Source: Felis catus
Taxonomy: Eukaryota
Assembly (NCBI RefSeq): GCF_018350175.1
Contig: NC_058385.1
Coordinates: 42,036,001-42,100,000 of the forward strand
Reading direction: 5' to 3'
DNA length: 64,000 bases
Shown here: positions 37,310-49,339 of the stretch, piece after piece
Position numbering within the stretch: position 1 is the first letter of the stretch
Layout of the letters: every line of letters begins with the position of its first letter
Translations under genes and position numbers: made by a program
Notes under the pieces: model-generated
The model's input: only the letters and a program-made list of their open reading frames with translations
Databases searched by the model: none
Told to the model about the DNA's origin: nothing

Positions 37310-37802
37310 TCACACCCCTATGTTTATAGCAGCATTGTTTACAGTAGCCAAAATATGGAGGTGGCCCAAGTGTCCATCTATAATGAATGGATAAAGAAGA
37401 TAAGGTATCATACAGTGAGTGGAATATTACTCAGCCATCAAAAAGAATGAAATCTTGCCATCTGCAATGATGTGGGTGGAGCTAAAGAGTATTGTAAGTG
37501 AAATAAGTCAGTGAAAGACAAATACCATATGATTTCCCTCATATGTGGAATTTAAGAAACAAAACAAAGGAAAAAAAGACAGACCAAGGAACAGACTCTT
37601 AACTATAGGGAACAAAGTGATGGCTACCAGAGGGGAGGTAGGTGGGGGATGTGTTAAATAGATGATGGGGATTAAGGAGGGCACTTGTTGTAATGAGCAC
37701 TGGGTGATGAATGGAATTGTTAAATCACTGTATTGCACACCTGAAACTAATAGAACACTGTTAATGAATTAAAATAAAAACTTTGGAAATGTTTGAAAAA
37801 AA
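37310..37802 (+). mobile_element. carnivore L1 3' end
   Basis: TPMFIAALFTVAKIW peptide; 3'UTR 'gatggggattaaggagggcacttgttgtaatgagcactgggtg'; aataaa and A-rich end. Confidence 0.92.
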
Positions 37803-38789
37803 TGCACTCAGATAAAAAGAATCCAGTCAAAAGGGATTGTATGGGAAATCTTTTGGAAAGTGAATAGAATATTTACATGGAAATAAAAGGACTTGACATT
37901 TTCAAACAAAACTATAATCGCAGTAACTCAATTTTTTTTTTTTTTTGTAGCTGAGAAAGAACTCATGAATTGCAAAGGCAAGTAATTCTACTTGGACCAG
38001 AAGTATGTTTTCCCTGTGCACAGAAACTCTGAGATTCTGTGAAAATGTCCATTTTTTATGGTTCTGGTGTTGGTTGCCTTTTTAAATTTTAGCTATACAC
38101 ACACTTAAAAGGGGAATCCTATTTTGTATGTTTTGATGCCCTTCAGATATTTGTTTTGTTGGAAGAATAGTAATGTCAATCAAGAAATGCTTTAATCTCA
38201 TGAAGGAAACAATTCACTGTAAATGTTTAAGACCTCACATCCACCCATGAATTGATGTCTATGTAATGGGAAACATCTGGATAAAGGGTAAAAAAAAGAT
38301 CGGTTTATAAAGGAGATTGTGTATTTTACAGTGTATCAGGTTTTCAAAGGTTAGTATACTTCGGCAGTGCACCTGTTGTATAATGAAGTGTTTCCTTTCA
38401 TATAAGGACATCCTGCTCTTTTAAGCTTTCAGTCATAGAAGCATAAGTTTCAGTAAACAAACCCATCTTTACCACGTGTGGTGTCTTTCACAATTCTACA
38501 AACTTCTAATTTTCATCCTACACTTTCAATCATTAGAAGATGCCTGCCTGTTTGACCTGTCCTTAAGGAATTTTTTCTCTTTTAGTGAAGTTTCTGCTGT
38601 CTTTAGGCAAATGCGCCTGCATCTCCAGTAATTAGAATCAGGGACTGTTACATGCCTTGTAGGATACCTAGACTTCACTCCTAATACATAGTTGAAGATA
38701 TTGTGGACCAGAATGGTAAAGAGACTTCTCTCCTCTCCTTGCGAAGGTACGCATCTTACTCTGTTGCCTAAATATTTCTCAAGGCCATC

Positions 38790-39185
38790 ACCACCTCTTT
38801 TCTCCTCACAACCACTGCCCTGTCTCAGCCTTCATCACCTTTTCTTTGGGTCCTATCACCACAGCCTCTTGTCTGGCCTTTCCCAATCTTCCCCTGTCCA
38901 CTTTACAGTCTTGCTACTAATGTTAGATTAATCATTCTAAAATATGAATATGGCGAATGCCACTTCTGTGCTAAGGCACCCATCACCTTTAGGATGAATT
39001 CCAAGTTTCTTAGCCCAGTGTACCAGCCACTCTGTGGCTCTCTCTAGCTACATCTCTCTAGCCTCATTTCCCATCCTTTCCATTTCATTCTTTATGCTTT
39101 CTTGATACTGAACTGCTTGCAGTGCCCCCACTACACATCCACAGCCACCAAACTGTCCCTCACCTGTGAGGGTGTGCTTATGTTA
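38790..39185 (+). mobile_element. L2 relic (continues ~39735-39835 and ~40680-40860)
   Basis: 'cacagcctcttgtctggcct', 'tttaggatgaattccaagtttcttagc'. Confidence 0.6.
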
Positions 39186-39190
39186 TTCTT

Positions 39191-39732
39191 TCATCAGTTA
39201 GATGTTTTGGCTGCAAAAAATGAAGCCAACCCCAGTTGACTTAGGCAGAAAAGAAGTTTATTAAACTGTCATTGGGTAGCTCACAGAATTACCACAAAGG
39301 CTGAAGAACTGGGTCAGAGGCTACCCAACTGAAACTGTAGCTCAGATGGTGCTCTGGAGCAGGTCTGTTGAGATTGCATTGCCGGGGCCCCCGCACCACA
39401 GCCTGCTCTGCCTGCATCTTGACCCTGGGGACTGCCCTGGCTCCTTCAGCACCACTGTCTGTGAAAGCTAGACCTTGAATGGCTTTTTACAGTACCAGAA
39501 ATGTTTTTCTCTTTTTTGTGTGGTCTGTGTTTCTTGTGCCATTAGCTCTCAATTGAATATTTTTGGCATATGGACGTACTTGTCGAATAAAGCCTAAGTC
39601 AGATGTCTGTCCCTAATTGCATAGGATGGGGGAAAGATAATTCACCTTCTATGCAGGGAAACCCACAAAACTTAAAAAAATTCCCCAAAGGAATTTCAGA
39701 TGCTGAGCTGAAGAGTGACAACTGTCCACTAT
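39191..39732 (-). mobile_element. MaLR solo LTR (MLT1K/L-like)
   Basis: 'cagttagatgttttggctgcaa', 'gggtagctcacagaatt', 'agcctaagtcagatgtctgtccctaattgca', ends 'tgtccact'. Confidence 0.65.
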
Positions 39733-40026
39733 GATTCTTCAGCCTTTGTGACAGTTCTGTGAGCTGCCCAGCATTCTCTCATGGCTTATTTTAATATACT
39801 CTTCCGCTTTTATTCACCTAGTTAATTCTTGCTCATTGTTTCTTTGTTTTTTGGGTTTTTTTTAGTTTTTAAGGCTTTATTATACATTGTTGCTCTCCCT
39901 CTTCCCAGTCCAATATTAAACCATGGAATCATGAGTCATAGCAATTCTGGTGCTAATTTTATTTTCAAACTTGCTTTAGTCTAAAGTAGGCCCTTGGGCA
40001 ATTTAAGCTCCTGACGTACTTCAGGG

Positions 40027-40373
40027 TTTCTTTCTTTCTTTTTTTTTAATTTAAATTTTAATTAGCCAAGATATAGTACAATATTGGTTTCAGGAGTAGA
40101 ATTCGGTGATTCATCACTTAAAACACCCAGTGCTTATCACAAGTGCCCTCCTTAGTATTCATCTAGCCCATCTCCCACTCACCTGCCTCCATCAACCCAT
40201 AGCTTGTTCTCTGTTAAGAGTCTCTTGTGGTTTCCTTCTCTTCCCCCCCACGCTTAATTTCTTTCATAAGTACTCTATAGTTTTCAGAGTGCAGATATTT
40301 TACCTCTTTAGTTTTATTCCTAGGTATCTTATTGTTTTGGGTGCAGTTTCAAATGGGATTTCTTTCTTTCTTC

Positions 40374-40428
<55 letters not shown>

Positions 40429-40455
40429 TCATTCTTTCTGCTGCTTCATTATTGG
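40027..40455 (-). mobile_element. carnivore L1, 3'UTR fused to an internal ORF2 segment
   Basis: 3'UTR 40027-~40252, then an ORF2 segment (rc reads ...IRYLGI...ENYRVLMKEI) containing a (TTTC)n expansion. Confidence 0.82.
40359..40430. repeat. (TTTC)n tetranucleotide microsatellite
   Basis: Direct reading. Confidence 0.95.
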
Positions 40456-40466
40456 ATTCGTGTTTT

Positions 40467-40670
40467 TTTTTTAATTCTTGTTTAATGTTTTTAATTTATT
40501 TTTGAGAGCGTGAGAAGGAGAGGGGCAGAGAGGAGAGAGACACAGAATCTGAAGCAGGCTTCAGGTTCTGAGCTGTCAGCACAGAGCCTGGCACGGGGCT
40601 CGAACCCACGAATGGTGAGATCATGACCTGAGCCAAAGTCGGATGCTTAACTGAGTCACCCAGGCACCCC
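40467..40670 (-). mobile_element. Can-SINE
   Basis: Full head and tail; TSD tattggaYtcRtgtttt at 40450-40466 and 40671-40687. Confidence 0.93.
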
Positions 40671-41068
40671 TATTGGACTCATGTTTTGATACAAGCACAA
40701 GTGTCTTTGTGTCAAGGAAGTCTTCCTTGCACCCAGGTTGGGATCTGTCTCTCCCATAGTCCTTTGGGGCATATTTATGCTTTATCACTTATGATCCTTT
40801 ATTGTATTTCTGTTTCAGTGTTTATTCCTGTTAGGTATTGTGTTCCTGCTTAGGTATCCACCTCTTACTTTTAAACTCTCCACAGGTAGGCACTATCCTT
40901 AGGTAATCTTTGGACACTCAGTGCCTCCTGCAGTGTTTGGCTAATTGACTTGCCTGATGAAGTCCTTCATTAATTTGTTCACTGTTGGTTGAGCATAGAA
41001 CTAAATTGCCAAAGGTTACATAGGTAATCAGTGGCAGAAGTGGGAGTAAAACCCATGTTTCTCTCTCT

Positions 41069-41298
41069 CTTTTTTTTAAATGTTTATTTTTGAGAGGGAG
41101 AGACAGAATGTGAGTGGGGGAGGGGCAGAGAGAGAGAGGGAAATGAGAGGGAGGGAGAGAGGGAGGCACAATCTGAAACAGGCTCCAGGCTCTGAGCTGT
41201 CAGCACAGAGCCCAACGTGGGGCTTGAAATCAAGAACAGCAAGATCATGACTTGAGCCGAAGTCAGATGCTTAACCAACTGAGCCACCCAGGCACCCC
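41069..41298 (-). mobile_element. Can-SINE inserted in a MIR
   Basis: Canonical rc head 'gagccacccaggcacccc'; flanked by aaaaccca duplication. Confidence 0.93.
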
Positions 41299-42529
41299 AA
41301 AACCCAAGTCACTAGACTTCATTATTTCTGAAAGAAACAGGGACAGCCCTCCTTTCTCCTTCTTTCACCCCTAATCCTTATTCATTTCTTTCATGGTTTA
41401 GATTCTTCCAGTCTTCTTCATTCTGAGCAGATTCTTTTCCAACTATTGCTATGGCTTAAGGAACTCAGAGCTGTTGATTGGTAAACTGTGGTCCTGTCCT
41501 GGATATTGAATAGGCAAATGCAGAGAACTTTTGGGACAATATGTGTAGCCACAGTCTAACCTTGAATCATTATGTCACAAATTGAATTAGGCTTCCTTAA
41601 AGCAGAAGTTCTAACAGATCAATACTTGGGTGCATGGGCCCTCTGGCTAAGAAGTGCATACATTTTTAAGAAGAACATAAGCACATCTCACTTCGATCAT
41701 ACAGCAGCTTGCAGAGATGGATTTATACTACAGCAGACAGTCGTCTCTGGGTAGAAATGTGGGCCAGGGGCCAGGAGACCCCAATTCAATTTCCAGTTAA
41801 GTCATCCCTGTTTATTTCTCACAAAATACATATTTAAAAAAAATGAAATTAAAATGTCATGCTTAAAACACTCTATAGTAAACAGAGGTCTTAAAAGAAG
41901 AGCTGTTTCCAGCACTACTTTTTGTTAAAGCTGTATCCAATTTAAAGTTTATTTTATACCCGAGATACAGAATGGTGTGTGGAGTGCTACAAGAAGTCAC
42001 TGCACATCTGGGCAGGACTGATCAGTCATTTTGGCAGGCTTTTTTCTGGACAGACTACCCGCAAGCTTGGGGAGGCTTTGGGCATTGATGGATGCATGAG
42101 AACCTGCACATGGGACATTGGAAACTAGATGTGTGCATCTATAACCCACCTCTCTCTGCCACATTTCACAAATCCAGTTGATTTTACCTTTTAAATATCT
42201 TTCTCTTCACCTTTCCCTCTCCATGTGCCTCACCCCCGCCAGCCCCATCACCTTCTGATTAGTTGCTGTGCATCTGCTGTTTTGCTGTTTCTCCCCTCCA
42301 GTCTGGATCATTTCACTCTCACCACCATTTCTGCTTCAGTTCAATCAGTGCCTCCTACTGCTCTTAGGATAAGGCTGAAAATCCTTGGTTTGGCCCCATC
42401 TTGGTCTCCAGCCTGGCCTGGCATCCACCCTGTACGTCTGCTCTTCATTGGGCAGTCATACTGGGCTGTCCGTCCCAGGAGTTTGTGCCAGGCCCTTCCT
42501 GCCCCAAGGAAACCTTCATGATGTTGTTT

Positions 42530-42761
42530 CTTTTTTTTCTTTTTAATTACAAAAAAAATTTTTTTTTAATGTTTGAGAGAGAGCGAGTGCATGTGCACTT
42601 GAGTGAGTGCATGAGTGGGGGAGGGGGCAGAGAGAGATAGAGACTTAGAACCAAAGGCGGCTCCAGGCTCTGCACTGTCAGCACAGATCCTGAAGCGGGG
42701 CTCAAGCTCATGACCTGAGCCGAAGTTGGATGCTTAACCAACTGAGCCACCCCGGGGCTCC
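42530..42761 (-). mobile_element. Can-SINE inserted in an L2 (L2 spans ~42170-43060)
   Basis: SINE body; tgatgtt duplicated at both flanks. Confidence 0.9.
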
Positions 42762-43074
42762 TGATGTTTCTTCTGCTTGGGAACCTCTCCATGACTCCCT
42801 CTGACTCTCTCTCTACCCCCATTCTCTTGACCTTAGTTGATGCCTACTCCTTCTTCCAATTTTAGTTTAGAAGTCACTTCTGTAGGAAACTCTTCCCGCC
42901 TACCCACTGTGAGACCTCCTTGCTTATACTCTTACAATACTGCAAGATCAATTCTTCTTTCCCTTTCCAGCATTTAACATCATTTGAACTTGGACATTGA
43001 TTTCTGTGATTATTTGAATCTTTTGTTGTCTCCCCTAACACTATTGAAAACTTTTATCCAACACTTACTGTATA

Positions 43075-43931
43075 TAAATGGTCTCTGACTTATGATGGTT
43101 TGACTTACAATTTTTTGACTTTATGATGGTGCAAAAGTGATACCTGTTCAGTAGAAACCAAACTTTGAATTCTGAATCTGGATCTTTCCCCAGGCTAGTG
43201 TAAGCAGTGTGATCCTCTGTCCTGATGTTGGGCAGGGGCAGCTACAGCCCCCAGTCAGCCATGTGACTACAAGGGTAACTGACCCATACACTCACAATGA
43301 TGCTGCACCCATACAACCATTCTGGTTTTTTGTTGTTGTTGTTTTGTTTTCAGTACAGCATTCAGTAAATTACATGAGATACTCAACATTTTATTATGAA
43401 ATTGGATTTCTTTTGGATGGTTTTGCCTAACCATGGGCTAATGGAAGTGTTCTGAGCACATTTAAGGTAGCCTGGGCTAAGTTGTGGTGTTCAGTAGGTT
43501 AGGTGTATAAAATGCATTTGCAACTTACTTTCAACTTACAGTGAGTTTATCAGGACATAGGCTCATTGCATTTTGTTTTATTTTTTAAAAAATTTACATC
43601 CAAGTTAGTGTATAGTGCAACAATGATTTCAGGAGTAGATTCCTTAATGCCCCTTACCCATTTAGCCCATCCCCCCTCCCACAACCCCTTCAGTACCCTC
43701 TGTTCTCCATATTTAAGAGTCTCCTATGTTTTGTCCCTCTTCTTTTTTTTTATATTATTTTTGCTTCCCTTCCCTTGTGTTCATCTGTTCTGGGTCTTAA
43801 AGTCCTCATATGAGTGAAGTCCTAGGATATTTGTCTTTCTCTGGCTGATTTCATTTAGCATAATACCCTCTAGTTCCATCCACATAATTACAAATGAGGA
43901 AATATCCTCATTGTAAATCAAGGATGATCTG
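43075..43931 (-). mobile_element. MER47/Tigger5-derived MITE (TcMar), split by an L1 fragment
   Basis: 'gacttatgatggtttgacttac', 'gtgttctgagcacatttaaggtag', 'ggttaggtgtat'; TA dinucleotides at both ends; last 20 bp lie after the L1 insert. Confidence 0.88.
43569..43906 (-). mobile_element. carnivore L1 3' fragment
   Basis: L1 3'UTR 'tttcaggagtagattcc...cccatttagcccatcccccc'; ctcattg duplicated at 43562-43568 and 43907-43913. Confidence 0.88.
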
Positions 43932-44234
43932 TATTTGGCAGTTTCTAAGTCCTCTCAGTGCATTGACTTATTAAGTCCTCACAGTAACTGAGGAATTTAC
44001 TGTCCTTCCTGAGGCCTTTAGTAACTTGCTCATAGCCACACAGCTAGTAGGCAGAGTTTGGATTTTAACCCAGGCCTGTTGACTGCAACGTGTACAGATT
44101 TAACCAAGACATTGCATTTGCCTACCTGGTAGACCAAGATTTCTGAATCTTTGCTTCATTCTTGCTCCTTTAAAGAGCCTTTTAAGATATGTTTTACTAA
44201 TCCTCCCCCTGGAAAAATTTAATACTACAGATAC

Positions 44235-44759
44235 TGTTATGGGCAGAATAGTGGCTCCCTTCCTCCACCCTCCCCCCACCAAGACATCCATATCCTAAAC
44301 CCTGGAACGGTAAGTCCCATTACATGGAAAGGTGGAATTAAGGCTATAGATGGATTAAACTTTGTTAATTAGCTGACCTTGAGATGGGAAGACTCTCCTG
44401 GATTATCCTGGTGGGCCCAAAGTAATCACAAATGTTCCTATAAGTGAAAGAGGGAGACAGGAAGTCAGTGTGAGGGAGATGGCAATTAGGAAAGACTGGA
44501 CCGTCATGGCTGGCTTTGAAGTTGGAGGAGGACCAAGAGCCAGGGAATGTGGGCAACCTCTAGACACTGGAAAAAGCAAGGAAACTAGTTCTTTCCCAAA
44601 GCCTGCAGAACAAATGCAGCCTTGCCAACATCTTGATTTGAGTCCAGTGAAACCCATTGTAGACTTCTGACTTCCAGAACTGGAAGATAATAAATTTGTG
44701 TTACCACAAATCTAGTACTTTAAGGTAATTTGTTGTAGCAACAATAGGAAAATAATCCA
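44235..44759 (+). mobile_element. MaLR solo LTR (MLT1D-like)
   Basis: 'gaccttgagatggga...ggattatcctggtgggccc', 'gacttctgacttccagaactg...aataaatttgtg'. Confidence 0.9.
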
Positions 44760-47700
44760 ACTATATGTGTACTTAGGTGTATGTGTGTGTATGTGTGTGT
44801 ATGTGTGTGTGTATATATATAGTATGTGCTATATATGTATCCATGTTTTACACGTAAAATGAGTAAGATTTTGTCACTACGTAGGAACCAGTTTGTCCCC
44901 TTTGTGGGCAATATTGCCTCTGTTGAGAACAATGTACTAGACCACAAGAACAAGAATCATCTCTGGCTTTGATCACTATTCTGACTCCTGGTCTAGCATA
45001 ATGTCTAGCACATTGTAGGCAGTCGATAAGTATTTGTTGATTGAATGAATAAATGGATGAGTGACTATGAATGACTTGAATTAAAGATCATAATCCTGCT
45101 TATGCAAAATAAGGACTAATAGACTGATTCCATGTTGGAAGTGGGAGAAGCAGCATTTTTAAATAACTGTGAGACTGTAGTGCTGGGAATGTCATGCTTA
45201 TCACCCCCGAGTTGTCCATGTCTGAGGGCACCTGTAGCATTCGGTTAAAGTGATCGAGGAAATGGGCTTGAGTATGTACTCTGTGGCAAGCAGTGAGCAC
45301 AGTGGTAGGCAAATGGCCTTGGTTTGCAAAGCTCTGGGATTTGATATTAAACATGCCATTCTAAGTTTTATATGGATCCAAGAGCTTCAGGGACAGATGC
45401 TGTTTTTCTGCTAGTTCTCCCTCTTTTCCCTTACATGTCAGGTGCATGTTTGGAAGGAATTCAAGGCTCCATTATCAGTGACCCAGCTTGTGCAGGAGAA
45501 CCCACATTCCCATGTGGTTTTCTCTGGACCTCTCTGGCTCTGGGGGAGGTGCAGACTCTTCTCAGGGCCTGCTGTGTGTGTATATTGCAGTGATGATGGG
45601 AGCACTAAACTACCTTGTATGACAGGCCATGCTGGCTTTGGTTCTGCTCCTGGTGCTGGCAAGTTAAGCACATTCCTTTCTAACTCTCCTAGAGATGCTG
45701 TGTGGGACAGCCAGGCAGAACCACCCCATTGGGGTGAATCCAGGGGGATGAAGTGAAGAATGTGCCAAGCTCTGCACTTCCATGCCAACTGGGAATGGAC
45801 AAAGTCCGGAAGATTGCTGGAGGAGGAGCTGGGGGTCTTTGGGGAGGTGGCCAAGATGGGGGTGGGGCACTTCACAGGAGGCCTCTGGGGGAGTTATTTC
45901 TCAGGCACATGTGAAGGATGGCCTCAGAGCTGTACTTGGCAGAGTCTGTCTCTTCTTACCACATGGCAGTGCTGGTCTCCAGGGCCCATGCATAGCTAAC
46001 AAGGAACACTTGTCTGGCATTCACGTTTACAAATAACTTTCCTGTGTAAGATCTCAGGATGGTGGGTCTTGAGAGGGTCTGGTCCAACCTCTTGGTGTCT
46101 ATTTTGTTTCCATATTTTAGCCGTCATTGATTGCAGTGCCTACTATGTGCAGTGATAACAGCAAACACAAACATTTGGATTGCATTTTTTCATTCAGCAT
46201 GTTTTTTAACTTCCGTTAGCTCGATAGAAATTGTGAGACTGAATCTTATGCCCTCATTTTTCAGATGAGAAAACTTAGCAAAGCAAACTAACATGCACTG
46301 TTCATTGGGCTATGGAAAATCACTGTTCATGATCTACCAAAGTATGTGCACTACTATAAGTGCTCATATTCACTTAATTATTACTAATTATTACTTAATT
46401 ATTACTATGCAAAAATTGAGAAGCAAGATGACAAACAACTTGCCCAAGCTCACATAGCTGTTAAGAACAGGTAGGGTGAAATTCTGTCTCTTTTTCCTTC
46501 TCCTCCTGCCCCTCTCCCCTGCATGCTCTCACTCCCTGTAGTTCACGCTTGCTGTTAAAAAAAAAAAGATGGAACTTCCACAGCCTGGGTTTCTCAGTGA
46601 CTTATTCCTGCTTGTAGTCTGGTTGGGGAGAAAGGTATGTGCCAGGTGAAAGCCATGGGGGTCAGTGGGGGCTTTGGGGGACCTTGAGGAATGGCCCAGG
46701 AAACTTAGATCTGATGGTCCCTTCCCTGCTGGTCTTGCCCATGCTGGCCTCCAGTCCCAAATTGTCTCTTAGATGGAGTAGCCCTTTCAGTTTTCCTGAA
46801 TTAGTCTTTTTGATCTCATATTTGAGGGTCTGGAGTCTCCCTCTGGAAGATTTCTCCTAGGAAATTCCTCCCATATGCAGCAGATTAACAAACATAGAGG
46901 TCACTGGCAAGCAAACTATTCAGAAGTATCCTAAACTGCACTATACTAAGTGCCTGAAATGGAGAACCTTTGGGCTCTGGCTTTTCCTGGCTGATTTCTC
47001 ATCAACTTGGAAGGATCATCTGTTGCTGCCTCCGCTGGGTGCTGCCTTTTCTAATCTTGAACTGAACCCAGCACTCAATGGCTATTTTCCCCCAGCCACT
47101 AGCCCTGTTCGGCCTTAATTACAACCTCCCCATGGGCATTATTTTCTAGACTTATGTTGCCTATATTTTGCAAACCCCAAATTGGAATTTGTAGGTGCAG
47201 CATTTATTTGTATACTTCTGGAAGTAATGCTTTAAAATATTTGAAATTAGAAGTGTCATTTAGTTTTTTGAACATTTGGTTGCCATCACCATCATACCAC
47301 CACTATAATTTTACCAGAATCCTTATAGGCTGACTGCTGTGACCATCCATGTCTCTCTTCCTGCTAGCCATGACAGAATCTCTATTTCCTACATTGGGCT
47401 TCTCTGTCTCTGTCTCTGTCTCCCTCTCTTTCTTGCCTACCCCTTTTCACAGCCTGAAAAGGTGATACTCTGCATGCATAATTGTATCACTAAGTAATAT
47501 AAAATCATTTTAACTTTTAACCTTGATGTAGTTTTTAGTACCTGAATTGGAATTGTTTTCATGTCCGTTTCTTTCACAGAGGATAAACTTCTCAAGATCA
47601 GGGATCCTCCCTCATTCATCTTTGCATTCCCAGTTCAAGCATGGTGCTGGGAACACACTATGTGTCCAAAAATGGTGTGGAAAAAAGTCAAATTAATGTG

Positions 47701-48384
47701 TTTGATGTGTTTCATAAATGATTCATTATTATCACCCACTGAGTCACAGCTATGTATTTATGTCTCTACCAAGTGTTAGCCTTTTAGCTTGGGCCATTTA
47801 GTACTAACTGTAGATTAATATTTTTTTTCTGTAGCAGTACTTTCTCCAAGCATGTGGTAGTAAAACTACTTAGCATTTTCAAGGAGTCTGCATTCACTTA
47901 CATTGATAATAATTCTAACAAAAACCCATTCATTTAATACTATGTCCGGCACTGTCCTAGGACCTAGCAGAGATTCTTATAACATTATATCCATTTTGCC
48001 AAGAACTAAAGTAATTTGCCCAAGGTGATGTTGCTACGTGATCAAACTGGGATTGATTCCTGTAGAATGAGCCAGAGGCCAAGTGTTTAGACACTCTGTT
48101 GTATTTCCTTTTGAGTAACCTAATTAGAATCTACTGAGATCCTGTGTGATAGATGCTTTCTACTTTCATTTTCTTATCTGACCTTGACAATAAGACTAGG
48201 AGGTAAGTGTAATTATTAGTTTTATTTTTTTCAGTGTGGAAACAAACACTAGTAAGGGGAAGAGTCTGAATTTAGAAGCATTCAGATGCCCTGTTCTTTC
48301 CCTCATATCACAGCTGGATGCAAATCAATGAATTAATGTGAAATTCCTGGGGCCTAGTTTGCAAATCTAAGTCCTAAGAGAGGG

Positions 48385-48580
48385 GGCTTTAGAGTTTGGC
48401 AGACTTTGATTCGAATCCTGCTTCTGCCACTTTCTAGTTCTCAGGCACTGTTCAAGCCAAAGTAACCTCTTGGTGTCTCAGTTTCCTTATGGAAATGGAT
48501 TTTATGTGTGAAAATTAAATGAGGTTATATACAAGGAGAGTGCCTAGTACGTGGTAGAGCTCTGTGCATATTAACTTCTA
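48385..48580 (+). mobile_element. MIR (further minus-strand MIR pieces at ~43940-44105, 46130-46460, 47930-48310)
   Basis: 'ttcgaatcctgcttctgccact', 'tctcagtttccttat', 'aattaaatgag'. Confidence 0.75.
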
Positions 48581-49120
48581 TTCACAAGGCTGGCAGATGG
48601 CCACACACAAGATTCAGTGGCAGAAGGAGGATTTGAATATGCAACCTTGCTTGACTCCATCAGACCCCTCTACTTATCTGGTTCCCCATGGGCACTCCCT
48701 GCAGCCTCCTATCATCGCCTTATTTAATGATTTAATGGAGAGATGAATGCCTCTTGCAGAATGAGCAAGTTTTACTGATGGCTCCTTAATTGATTTCAAA
48801 AACCAGAAAATAATTATTCTAGAACTAAATCGTTTTGGGTGTAACATCACCAGGTCAAAGGAGAAACAAAAGAATTAGGTCTGTGGAAATCTGTAGTCTG
48901 AATGCCTATTATCAGTTTAACCGTATGCAGTTTTTCTGGAGATAGCTGCTTAGAGCACTCTTCGATTCTAAGACCTAAAACCCAGAAAGGGCAGATAATT
49001 CCTAGGACAAAACAAAACAAAATTAAATAGAGGGAAGAAATAAAAAGAAATACCCATACCAACAAGATGAATTTGTCCCATTTAAAGGCCATAGCAATGC
49101 TTGGATTATACATAATTCTT

Positions 49121-49339
49121 AAAAAAAAATTTTTTTTTATGTTTATTTATTATTGAGAGAGACAGAGTGTGAGTAGAGGAGGGGCAGAGAGGGAGACACA
49201 GAATCTGAAGCAGGCTTCCAGCTCTACACTGACAGGCTGACAGCAGTGAGCCTGATGTGGGGCTTGAACCCATGATTGGTGAGATCATGGCCTGAGCCGA
49301 AGTCAGACACTAAACTGACTGAGCCACCCAAGTGCCCCC
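49121..49339 (-). mobile_element. Can-SINE
   Basis: TSD tacataattctt at 49109-49120 and 49340-49351. Confidence 0.93.

Noticed and set aside
46373-46406. Three 10-11-bp tandem repeats (cttaattatta); also a 12-bp duplication at 49548-49576
   Set aside because: Simple local duplications without spacers; not CRISPR-like.
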